Positions 1 to 8,346 of a stretch of DNA of 64,000 nt are shown here, piece by piece; within the stretch, counting starts at the first letter, position 1, and every line of letters begins with the position of its first letter. A model generated the notes under the pieces. That model searched no databases, had not been told where the DNA came from, and saw only the letters and a program-made list of their open reading frames with translations. Made by a program: the position numbers and the translations under genes. Where the stretch lies: assembly GCA_964658105.1 (NCBI GenBank), contig CAZZXY010000005.1, forward strand, positions 366 through 64,365, in the 5' to 3' direction. Source of the DNA: Verrucomicrobia bacterium Tous-C9LFEB. Its GTDB lineage: Bacteria; Acidobacteriota; Terriglobia; Terriglobales; Acidobacteriaceae.

Positions 1-1
1 C

Positions 2-619
2 GGCATTATCGTCCTTGCATCGCACTACGAGACAAACTACAACCTCCGCGACATCAACTTCGTCGGCGCCAACGACGGTGCCTGCACCTCCGCGTTGCTG
101 ATCGCCATCGGCCAATACCTCCGCGACCACCCGCCAACCGGCTACTCCGTCTGGCTGCTCTTCGATGACGGGGAAGAGTCCGTCTCCGGCGACTGGTCCA
201 ACCAGTCCGACCAGCTCTACGGCACCCGCCATCTTGCCGCCAAGTGGTCCGGCGACGGCACCCTCGCCCGCATCAAGGCCTTCGTCCTCGCCGACATGAT
301 CGGCTGGAAACAGCTCAAGATCGACCGCGAGCGCAATTCCACCCCCTGGCTCCAGGCCGCGCTTGTCGACGCAGCCAAGGAGACCAACCACGCCCGTTAT
401 CTATCCCCCGACGGCATGCCGATCCAGGACGACCACCTCCCGTTCAAGGACCGCGGCGTCCCCGTCCTCGATGTCATCGACTACGAGTACGGCACCCAGG
501 CGGACCCCGAGGCCTACCATCACCACGAAGGCGACACCCTCGACAAGCTCAGCGCAACGAGCCTCGGGGTCTCCGCCGACCTCTTCCTGGCCCTCATCCG
601 CCTCATCAACGCCCACTAG
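2..619 (+). CDS. M28-family zinc peptidase / glutaminyl-cyclase-like protein, 5' end outside window
   Basis: The frame is open from the window edge; the listed ORF 95..619 begins at an internal TTG. FVGANDGACTSALLIAIG and DDHLPFKDRGVPVLDVIDY resemble the metal-ligand segments of M28 aminopeptidases and bacterial glutaminyl cyclases. Confidence 0.75.
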   Translation, partial: GIIVLASHYETNYNLRDINFVGANDGACTSALLIAIGQYLRDHPPTGYSVWLLFDDGEESVSGDWSNQSDQLYGTRHLAAKWSGDGTLARIKAFVLADMIGWKQLKIDRERNSTPWLQAALVDAAKETNHARYLSPDGMPIQDDHLPFKDRGVPVLDVIDYEYGTQADPEAYHHHEGDTLDKLSATSLGVSADLFLALIRLINAH

Positions 620-887
620 CTCTTCACAACAATCCCAGCTTGCCGTCATCCTGAGCGGAGCGCAAAGCGCACAGTCGAAGGACCCTGTATCTCGCTCTCG
701 CGAGGGCCGCAGGCACAAGCCTGCAATTCGGGCCTCCGCCCCCAACCCAAAGAGTCATCAGAACGCGTTTCAAGCACGCTTTTTCACCCATTTCTGCACA
801 CACAGCGTCGATTCCGTGCAGAACCTCACTTCTACGCGTTAAACCGTGTTTCGGAGCATCTTTTTTGAACATCAAATCACCTGCCCG

Positions 888-1829
888 ATGACACCCCTCT
901 CCCATTGGTTCGGCTTCCACATTGCGCTGGTCGTGCTCCTCGCACTGGAGTGGCTGATGGCCAAACGCGTCGGCGACCCGCATCGCCGGGCCGTCTTTGC
1001 GACCATTCTTTGGGTGTCAGCTTCGGTCGTTTTCGCCGGGTTTATCTGGCGCACCCTGCACGCCGTAGCGGCCACACAATATCTCGCCGGTTACGCCATC
1101 GAAGAAGCGCTTTCTGTCGATAACCTCTTTGTTTTCCTGCTTCTCTTCCGCGCGTTCCGGGTTCCGGAAGGGCGCCAGCAGAAGGTGCTGTTCTGGGGCG
1201 TAGCCGGTGCCATCGTGATGCGAGGCGCCTTCATTGCAGCCGGCCTTGAACTGATGCAGCGCTTTGCCTGGATCGAAGAGATCTTCGGTGCCATTCTGCT
1301 CGTGGCGGCCCTTCGCCTGCTCTTTCCTGAGAAGAGAAAGGACGAGGACAAGCCCCCTACGTGGCTCGAATGGCTCACCCGGGTACAGCCCGTCAGCGCC
1401 AGTCAGACCAGCTTCTTCGCCCGCGAAAATGGCAGGCTCATGCCCACCGTCCTTCTGCTGGCCCTCATTGCGGTCGAAGTCACGGACGTGGTGTTTGCGC
1501 TGGACTCCATCCCCGCCGTACTTTCCATTACGCAGACACCCTTTCTGGCCTACACCTCCAACATCATGGCCGTGATGGGACTGCGCTCCCTGTATGTGCT
1601 GCTCGCGGCGATGCTCACGAGCCTGCGGTTTCTGCACTACGGCCTCTCCGCCCTGCTCAGCTTCGCCGCGCTCAAAATGCTGGTGGCGCACTGGGTTGAG
1701 ATCAGCCCCATGAACTCGCTGATCATCATTCTCGGCCTGCTCGGCGCGACGATCGGCATCTCCCTGGCCTTCCCTGCCAAGCCATCGCACCATCCGGGCC
1801 AGGCGCCCGGTCCGGCGCAGCTCGAGTAA
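888..1829 (+). CDS. TerC-family integral membrane protein
   Basis: Multi-TM protein carrying the paired TerC repeats YAIEEALSVDNLFVFLLLF and IAVEVTDVVFALDSIPAVL. The start is ambiguous (GTG 846 or ATG 888). Confidence 0.8.
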   Translation: MTPLSHWFGFHIALVVLLALEWLMAKRVGDPHRRAVFATILWVSASVVFAGFIWRTLHAVAATQYLAGYAIEEALSVDNLFVFLLLFRAFRVPEGRQQKVLFWGVAGAIVMRGAFIAAGLELMQRFAWIEEIFGAILLVAALRLLFPEKRKDEDKPPTWLEWLTRVQPVSASQTSFFARENGRLMPTVLLLALIAVEVTDVVFALDSIPAVLSITQTPFLAYTSNIMAVMGLRSLYVLLAAMLTSLRFLHYGLSALLSFAALKMLVAHWVEISPMNSLIIILGLLGATIGISLAFPAKPSHHPGQAPGPAQLE

Positions 1830-1953
1830 GCGCCCCCGCGGGTGCTCCCGTGCGGGTCAGGACGCAACGAAATCACAGGCATTTGCGAGGCAGCAAAACA
1901 ACTCTTTTTGGTTCCCCGCAGGACCTGCAACTTCCAGCCGGCAGCGTATTCTA

Positions 1954-3339
1954 ATGGATGTTGCCTGGGCGACTGGACCTTTGTCGGGCCGTTACGCTCA
2001 CCACGAGGAATCGACCTTGCCGACGATCGCACCGCCGTCTCCGCTGCTATCCATCCTGCCCTCGACTTCTTCGAAGGATCAGCCCCTGACCGCCACCTGC
2101 GACCCGGCACTCGCGCAGAATCCCTGGGCCTTCGACGCTTTGCCGGTGTATGGGCCTGGAGCCTCCGCTCACGACCTGATCGCGTCGAACGCACCGCGCC
2201 AGGGCGTGCTGCCGTCCGAGTACCGCAATGCCAGCCCCGAAGAGCTCGACCTTCGCATTCGAGCCGCCAAACACGCCTTGGGCGAGCGCGTTGTGATCCT
2301 GGGCCACTTTTATCAGCGCGACGAGATCGTCCAGCACGCCGACTTTCTCGGTGACAGCTTCCAGCTGGCCAACGCGGCAAGAACCCGGCCGGACGCCGAA
2401 GCGATTGTTTTCTGCGGCGTTCATTTCATGGCCGAGACGGCGGACATGCTCTCGCGTCCGGATCAGGCGGTTGTCCTGCCGAACCTTGCTGCTGGCTGCT
2501 CCATGGCGGATATGGCCGATCTCGAGTCCGTGCAAGCGTGCTGGGACGAGCTGACCGACGTGCTCGGCGCCAGCCTGGATCAGCCGGATGCGAGCGGTCG
2601 CCAGCCGGTGATTCCAGTCACGTACATGAATTCGTCGGCCGCGCTGAAGGGCTTCTGCGGCGAGCACGGCGGGATAGTGTGCACCTCGTCCAACGCCAGC
2701 ACGGTGCTCCGCTGGGCATTTGAACGTGGACAGCGTGTGCTGTTTTTCCCCGACCAGCACCTCGGTCGCAATACTGCCAAGGCGATGGGTATCCCGCTCG
2801 AGCAGATGCCGCTCTGGGATCCACGCCGGCCGTTCGGTGGCAGCTCGCCCGAGGCTCTGCAGGACGCGCAGGTGATTCTCTGGCATGGCTTCTGTTCCGT
2901 CCACAAGCGTTTCAGTGTCGACCAGATCACCCAGGCCCGCGCTACCTACCCCGGCGTGCGGGTGGTTGTGCACCCCGAGTGCCCGATGGAGGTCGTGGAC
3001 GCCGCTGATGAGGCGGGCTCGACCGACTACATCAAGAAGGCCGTGGAAGCGGCGGCTCCGGGCACCATCTTTGCCATCGGCACGGAGATCAACCTCGTGC
3101 AGCGCCTGGCTGCTGACCATCCAGACAAGACGATCTTCTGTCTCGACCCGGTGATCTGCCCCTGCTCCACGATGTACCGCATCCATCCCGGCTACCTCGC
3201 GTGGGTGTTGGAGTCGCTTGAGCGCGGCGAGACCCCGAATCGCATCGTCGTTCCGGAGTCTGTTGCCGTTCCCGCCCGGATTGCGCTGGAGCGAATGCTG
3301 AGCGCCAAGCCCGCACCGATCCAGCAGGTTCGCGCATGA
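1954..3339 (+). CDS. nadA: quinolinate synthase NadA
   Basis: VILGHFYQRDEIVQHADFLGDSFQLA and IVFCGVHFMAETADML match long-form (Bacillus-type) NadA. The ~85-aa N-terminal extension is unverified, so the true start may lie downstream (for example in-frame GTG 2206). Confidence 0.9.
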   Translation: MDVAWATGPLSGRYAHHEESTLPTIAPPSPLLSILPSTSSKDQPLTATCDPALAQNPWAFDALPVYGPGASAHDLIASNAPRQGVLPSEYRNASPEELDLRIRAAKHALGERVVILGHFYQRDEIVQHADFLGDSFQLANAARTRPDAEAIVFCGVHFMAETADMLSRPDQAVVLPNLAAGCSMADMADLESVQACWDELTDVLGASLDQPDASGRQPVIPVTYMNSSAALKGFCGEHGGIVCTSSNASTVLRWAFERGQRVLFFPDQHLGRNTAKAMGIPLEQMPLWDPRRPFGGSSPEALQDAQVILWHGFCSVHKRFSVDQITQARATYPGVRVVVHPECPMEVVDAADEAGSTDYIKKAVEAAAPGTIFAIGTEINLVQRLAADHPDKTIFCLDPVICPCSTMYRIHPGYLAWVLESLERGETPNRIVVPESVAVPARIALERMLSAKPAPIQQVRA

Positions 3340-4913
3340 ACGTCGTCGTTGTCGGCAGCGGTATTGCCGGCCTGGTTGCCGCCATTGAACTCTCCCGCGC
3401 GCACCAGGTCACCCTTGTCACCAAGTCGCGGCTGGCCGAAAGCAACACGCGCTATGCCCAGGGTGGTATTGCGGCCGTCACTACCATCGAGGACTCCGTT
3501 GCGGAGCACGTGGAAGATACGCTCCGTGCCGGGGCAGGACTTTGCCGCCGCGAGGCTGTGGAAATTCTCTGCGCCGAGGGGCCGGACCGCGTCCGCGACC
3601 TGATCCGGATCGGTGTCGCGTTTGACCAGGAGAACGGGGTGCTGGCGCAGGGGCGCGAGGCGGCGCACTCGCGTGCCCGCGTTCTGCATGCCGGTGGTGA
3701 TGCCACGGGCCTGGCCATTGAAATGGCCCTGGTGAACGCCATACAGGATGCCAATGTTCGCGTCCTGGAGCACACCTTTGCCGCCGACCTGCGCCTTGCA
3801 GACGAACGTGTGACCGGCCTTGAGGTCATCACGGAGGCCGGGCGCAGCCAGACGATCCCGGCGGATGCCGTGCTGCTGGCTTCGGGCGGGGCAGGCCACC
3901 TCTATCCCTACACCACGAATCCGCAGGTAGCCACGGGCGACGGCGTAGCGCTTGCGCTGCGTGCGGGCGCTCAGCTGGCGGATGTCGAGTTTTACCAGTT
4001 TCATCCGACGGCGCTTTCCGCCGAGGGTGGCTTTCTTATCTCGGAAGCGGTACGTGGGGATGGTGCCGTTCTGCGTGCGCTGGACGGCTCACGCTTCATG
4101 CAGGACATTCACCCCCACGCGGAACTTGCGCCAAGGGATGTAGTTGCGCGTGGGATCGCCGCGCAGATGCGCCTCCAGGGGAACAAGCCCGTGCTGCTCG
4201 ACACGACCCATCTTGGGGGTGCATTTCTGGCTGAGCGCTTCCCTACCATCAACGCCGCCTGCCAGCGCGCCGGACTCGACTGGGCACGCCATCCCATTCC
4301 TGTCGCCCCGGCTGCGCACTACTGGATGGGCGGGATTCGAACGGACGTGTGGGGACGCACAAACCTGCCGGGACTCTTCGCTGTAGGCGAAGTCGCCTGC
4401 ACGGGCGTCCATGGTGCAAACCGACTGGCCTCGAATTCTTTGCTGGAAAGCATCGTGTTTGCCTACCGAGCGGCACAGCTGCTTCTGGACAGCAATGCCT
4501 CCGGGCTCGTGGGGGCAAAGCCCGACCGTACGGACAGCACCGCGTCCGTTACGGCTCTGGAATCGGAAACGGGCTCCGAAGCCCTGACTCTCGATCCAGG
4601 CGACACAGGCCGCACCGAGGCGCTTCCGTCCCGTGCCGCTTTGCAGGGGCTGATGTGGAACGCCGCAGGTATTGTTCGGGACGAGGCGGATCTCTCCCTC
4701 GCGCAGGCCCAGTTGCGTCGTTGGCGCGCGTCGGGCGACTCGGTCCAGGACCGCGAGACAGCCAACCTGTTGCAGTTGGGCGAGGCTGTCGTTACCGCGG
4801 CCCGCACACGCTGCGAGTCGCGTGGTGCGCACTACCGCCTGGATTTCCCGGAGCCACTCGATGCAGAGCGGCACCACCTGGTGCTCACCCGTCCGGTACA
4901 GGTGCCGTGCTAG
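3336..4913 (+). CDS. nadB: L-aspartate oxidase NadB
   Basis: VVVGSGIAGL FAD fold, RYAQGGIAA, and C-terminal ESRGAHYRLDFP. ATGA overlap with the nadA stop. Confidence 0.92.
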   Translation: MNVVVVGSGIAGLVAAIELSRAHQVTLVTKSRLAESNTRYAQGGIAAVTTIEDSVAEHVEDTLRAGAGLCRREAVEILCAEGPDRVRDLIRIGVAFDQENGVLAQGREAAHSRARVLHAGGDATGLAIEMALVNAIQDANVRVLEHTFAADLRLADERVTGLEVITEAGRSQTIPADAVLLASGGAGHLYPYTTNPQVATGDGVALALRAGAQLADVEFYQFHPTALSAEGGFLISEAVRGDGAVLRALDGSRFMQDIHPHAELAPRDVVARGIAAQMRLQGNKPVLLDTTHLGGAFLAERFPTINAACQRAGLDWARHPIPVAPAAHYWMGGIRTDVWGRTNLPGLFAVGEVACTGVHGANRLASNSLLESIVFAYRAAQLLLDSNASGLVGAKPDRTDSTASVTALESETGSEALTLDPGDTGRTEALPSRAALQGLMWNAAGIVRDEADLSLAQAQLRRWRASGDSVQDRETANLLQLGEAVVTAARTRCESRGAHYRLDFPEPLDAERHHLVLTRPVQVPC

Positions 4914-5773
4914 CGCCCCTGCCATTTGCCGCCGTTGAGCGCGTCGTCCGCATGGCCCTGGAAGAGGATGCTCCGTGGGGTGACCTGACCTCGCAAATGC
5001 TAATCCCGGCGGAGGCTCGTGTGAAGGCTTCCCTGGTGGCGCGCGAAGCCGGGATCCTCGCCGGGCAGCAACTGTTTACCGCAGCGATGCAGCTTACCGA
5101 TCCCGACATTGCCGTGCACTTCACGCAGGCCGACGGCGCGTCCTTCGCTGCGGGTGCCGTACTTGCCTCGGCAGAAGGTCCTGCCCGCGCCGTTCTGCAG
5201 GCTGAGCGTGTGGCGTTGAACCTGGTGCAGCGACTGAGCGGGATCGCGACCCTGACAGGGCAGTTCGTTGCCGCCGTGGGTGGGACCAAAGCACGCATCG
5301 TGGATACCCGCAAAACGACACCGGGTCTGCGCCTGTTGGAGCGCTATGCCGTGCGTTGCGGGGGTGGGCACAATCACCGGTACTCGCTTTCCGACGCGAT
5401 GCTGGTGAAGGATAACCACCTGGCGGTGCTTGCCGCGAGCGGGCAGACGGATCTCACGGCGGCCCTGCGGCAAGCGCGTCAAGATCTGCCCCATACTGCC
5501 CATCTGGAGGTCGAGGTGGACCACCCTGAGCAGATCGAGCCTGTGCTGGCGGCAGGCGTGGACACGATTCTGCTGGACAACTTCAGCCTCGATCAGCTGC
5601 GTGCCGCCGTTGGGCAGATTGCGGGACGTGCACTGGTGGAAGCCAGCGGCAATGTCCGCCTGGACACCGTGGCTGCCATCGCGCAGACGGGGGTCGATCT
5701 GATTTCCGCCGGTGCCCTGACGCACAGTGTTCGATCGCTGGACCTGGGGCTCGACATCCTGCCGCAGGGATAA
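4907..5773 (+). CDS. nadC: nicotinate-nucleotide pyrophosphorylase (carboxylating) NadC
   Basis: MLVKDNHLA and ILLDNFS QPRTase motifs. In-frame GTG at 4907 overlaps the nadB stop. The first ~186 codons of the listed ORF 4349..5773 overlap nadB in another frame and are not used. Confidence 0.88.
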   Translation: MLAPLPFAAVERVVRMALEEDAPWGDLTSQMLIPAEARVKASLVAREAGILAGQQLFTAAMQLTDPDIAVHFTQADGASFAAGAVLASAEGPARAVLQAERVALNLVQRLSGIATLTGQFVAAVGGTKARIVDTRKTTPGLRLLERYAVRCGGGHNHRYSLSDAMLVKDNHLAVLAASGQTDLTAALRQARQDLPHTAHLEVEVDHPEQIEPVLAAGVDTILLDNFSLDQLRAAVGQIAGRALVEASGNVRLDTVAAIAQTGVDLISAGALTHSVRSLDLGLDILPQG

Positions 5774-5792
5774 GCTGCAGAGAGGCCCGACG

Positions 5793-6947
5793 ATGATCTA
5801 CCTCGATGCCGCTGCCACGACGCCGGTCCGCCGCGAGGTGCTGGAGGCGATGTGGCCCTACCTGGCCGGCAGTTTTGGCAACCCTTCCAGCCATCACAGT
5901 CTTGGGGATGAGGCCGCACGCGCGCTCAAGGGTGCGCGGGAACGGGTGGCGGCGGTCCTGGGCTGCCGGCCGAACGAAATCATCTTCACCTCGGGTGGCA
6001 CGGAGGCGGACAACCTGGCGGTAAAAGGCATTGCGCTGGCGAATCCTCGCGGGCGTCACGTCGTCACGACGCCCATTGAGCATGAGGCGGTGCTTGCGTG
6101 CTGCGATTACCTGCAGCGGCATCATGGCTTCACGATCACGTACCTGCCTGTTGATCGGGAGGCGCGTGTGCGGCCTGCGGATCTGGAAGCCGTTCTGAAG
6201 CAGCACCCGGCAACAACGCTGGTGTCCGTAATGCTGGCGAACAACGAGGTGGGCACGCTGCAGCCGATCGCGGAGCTTGCGGCCGTGGCGCACGCTGCGG
6301 GCGTGCCGTTCCATACGGACGCCGTGCAAGCGTGTGGATCGCTGCCGATCTCTGTCCCGGAGCTGGGGGCGGATGCGCTTTCGCTCTCCGGCCACAAGCT
6401 GGGAGCGCCCAAGGGTGTTGGCGTGCTGTATCTGCGTTCACGCGTGGCTGCGGAACCTGTGCTGCATGGCGGGGGGCAGGAGCGGAACCGGCGGTCCGGA
6501 ACGGAGAACGTTGCCGGCGCGATCGCGTTTGCGACAGCCCTGGAACTCGCCGCTCGGGAGCTACCGGCACGCGTGCCGCAGCTGACTGCTCTGCGTGACC
6601 GGCTGATTCATGGAGTCCTGGACACGGTGCCGGAGGCGCTGCTCACGGGCCACCCTACGGAGCGCCTGCCCAACAATGCGAGCTTCTGCTTCCCGCGTAC
6701 CTCGGGCGAGGCTGTGCTGTTGCAGCTGGAAGAGCGAGGCATCCTGTGCTCGAGCGGGTCAGCCTGTGCGGCGGGGTCGGACGAGCCGTCGCATGTGCTG
6801 ACGGCGATGGGCTACGGGCGTGAGGTTGCGCAGACGGCGGTGCGTTTCACGCTGACACACGAGACGACGGCCGAGCAGATCGACGAGACGGTGGCCAGCA
6901 CGCGAGAAGCGGTTAGATCGGTCGGCGCCCTGGGACCTCGTCTCTGA
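5793..6947 (+). CDS. cysteine desulfurase (NifS/IscS class)
   Basis: MIYLDAAATTP start, SGHKLGAPKGVGVLY (PLP lysine), RSGTENV, and SSGSACAAG catalytic Cys loop. Sits immediately after nadABC, as NifS does next to the Bacillus nad operon. Confidence 0.9.
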   Translation: MIYLDAAATTPVRREVLEAMWPYLAGSFGNPSSHHSLGDEAARALKGARERVAAVLGCRPNEIIFTSGGTEADNLAVKGIALANPRGRHVVTTPIEHEAVLACCDYLQRHHGFTITYLPVDREARVRPADLEAVLKQHPATTLVSVMLANNEVGTLQPIAELAAVAHAAGVPFHTDAVQACGSLPISVPELGADALSLSGHKLGAPKGVGVLYLRSRVAAEPVLHGGGQERNRRSGTENVAGAIAFATALELAARELPARVPQLTALRDRLIHGVLDTVPEALLTGHPTERLPNNASFCFPRTSGEAVLLQLEERGILCSSGSACAAGSDEPSHVLTAMGYGREVAQTAVRFTLTHETTAEQIDETVASTREAVRSVGALGPRL

Positions 6948-7045
6948 GTTTGAACTTGTCCTGGATCAGCCGGCATCAAAGGCCGTAAACCTGGTTTGGC
7001 TAAGACCAGCCTGCTACACAACTTTGGGCCCAAGGAGCGCCGCGC

Positions 7046-8305
7046 ATGCCGGCCAACGCAGAGCAGCAAGAGCCTACGCAGCAACGGGGAGAGTTTGGCG
7101 CCATCGACGTACACGCGCTGATGGCAGGGGTGACGTTGAGGCACCCGGACGGCCAGGTAACAGTACGCGGTGTGGTGGAGGCCTTACGGCCGTGGGGAGC
7201 AGATCGGGCCAACCCAACGCACATGTACGGCGATCTGCGCGACCTGTTTGAGCGTGCGACGATCTCCTTTCGCTGCCCGCTTGCAGCCGGCCCTACCAGC
7301 CTGCACGAACACGTGGTGCTCACCGGCACGCTGGTTGCGAAGAAGTCAGCCCAGCATCGAGGATACGACCTTGAACTCATCGGCAGCCGGGTCGGTGCGT
7401 GCTCCCCGACGGGACCGTTGCCGCCGGTGCCGGAGGCGCTGAGTCGGAAGCGAAGCAGGGTTTCGCTGGAGGCCCTGATGTCGGAGGGCGACCCCAAGCG
7501 TCTGGTTTTGCTCGGGACGGCACGGGCCCTGCTGGATGCGCAGACGACCCTTAGCCATGTGTCCAGGCATTCTCCCGATGCCATCGCTGTGACGACGGAC
7601 CTTGAGAGTTTAAAGACGGCGATCGCCGAAGCTGCGCCGACCTATGACGCCCTTTGTCTGCTGCGGGGCGGGGGCGACCCGGAGTCCTTTGCGACGTTCA
7701 ATGATGCACGGCTGGTCGCCGCCCTGCTTGAGACTGGAAAGGCCTTTTATACAGCCCTTGGCCACTCGACGGATCTGACCCTTGCCGACAAATATGCGGA
7801 CGGGAGCTATGCGACGCCCTCCGATTTTGGTTCGGTCTATGCCGAAGCTCTGAGGCGGCGGCAGAAGGCGGAGCAATTTCAGCAGGAGCTGAAAGAGGCG
7901 CAACGAAAGAATCGGGAGCTCCGGACGGAGATGGGACGGCGAGTGGAGAGCGCCAGGGTAGAAGGACTAGGAGATCGGTTGGGTACGGTTGCGGTGGCGC
8001 TGGGCGAATTGCAGAAGCTGCCAGGGACGCTGGGTCGGAAGGCAAGTCAGTCGGTTGAGATGGCGGTTCGTCAATCGGTGGAGAAGCGGTTCGGTGCTGC
8101 CACAGGTCGATTTAGCATGCGCTCCTGGTCCGGACTGCTGGTCTCGTTTCTGCTGGGACTCTTCCTGGGTGGGCTGTGTTTTCACCTGGCCAGCCTGCCC
8201 CGTTCGCAGCAGCTGCAGCCTGTGACAGGCAGCAGCGAGCAGCAGGAACCTCCCTTCGCCGTCGCTCCATCGCCGAAGCCGGTTCACAGGAAGAACGCCC
8301 GGTAG
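7046..8305 (+). CDS. exodeoxyribonuclease VII large-subunit (XseA)-like protein with C-terminal transmembrane helix
   Basis: N-terminal OB-like segment (VTVRGVVEALRP...HVVLTGTLV). LLRGGGDPESFATFNDARLV...ALGHSTDLTLADKYAD parallels the XseA catalytic motif (RGGGS-EDL-FN ... GHE-D-T-D). This is followed by a coiled-coil region and a hydrophobic helix, WSGLLVSFLLGLFLGGLCFHL. Confidence 0.55.
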   Translation: MPANAEQQEPTQQRGEFGAIDVHALMAGVTLRHPDGQVTVRGVVEALRPWGADRANPTHMYGDLRDLFERATISFRCPLAAGPTSLHEHVVLTGTLVAKKSAQHRGYDLELIGSRVGACSPTGPLPPVPEALSRKRSRVSLEALMSEGDPKRLVLLGTARALLDAQTTLSHVSRHSPDAIAVTTDLESLKTAIAEAAPTYDALCLLRGGGDPESFATFNDARLVAALLETGKAFYTALGHSTDLTLADKYADGSYATPSDFGSVYAEALRRRQKAEQFQQELKEAQRKNRELRTEMGRRVESARVEGLGDRLGTVAVALGELQKLPGTLGRKASQSVEMAVRQSVEKRFGAATGRFSMRSWSGLLVSFLLGLFLGGLCFHLASLPRSQQLQPVTGSSEQQEPPFAVAPSPKPVHRKNAR

Positions 8306-8346
8306 CTGCGGCCCACAGGACACGGCGGTAGACTAGGGTCTGCCCG

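Noticed and set aside
620-887. A possible yybP-ykoY manganese riboswitch upstream of the TerC-family gene.
   Set aside because: I looked for the conserved GGGGAGUAG and UUGACAUA-like segments and did not find them. A cmsearch would be needed to be sure.
4349-4906. An upstream extension of the nadC ORF.
   Set aside because: It overlaps nadB in a different frame. QPRTase homology begins only at about VLAPLPFAAVERVV, at GTG 4907.
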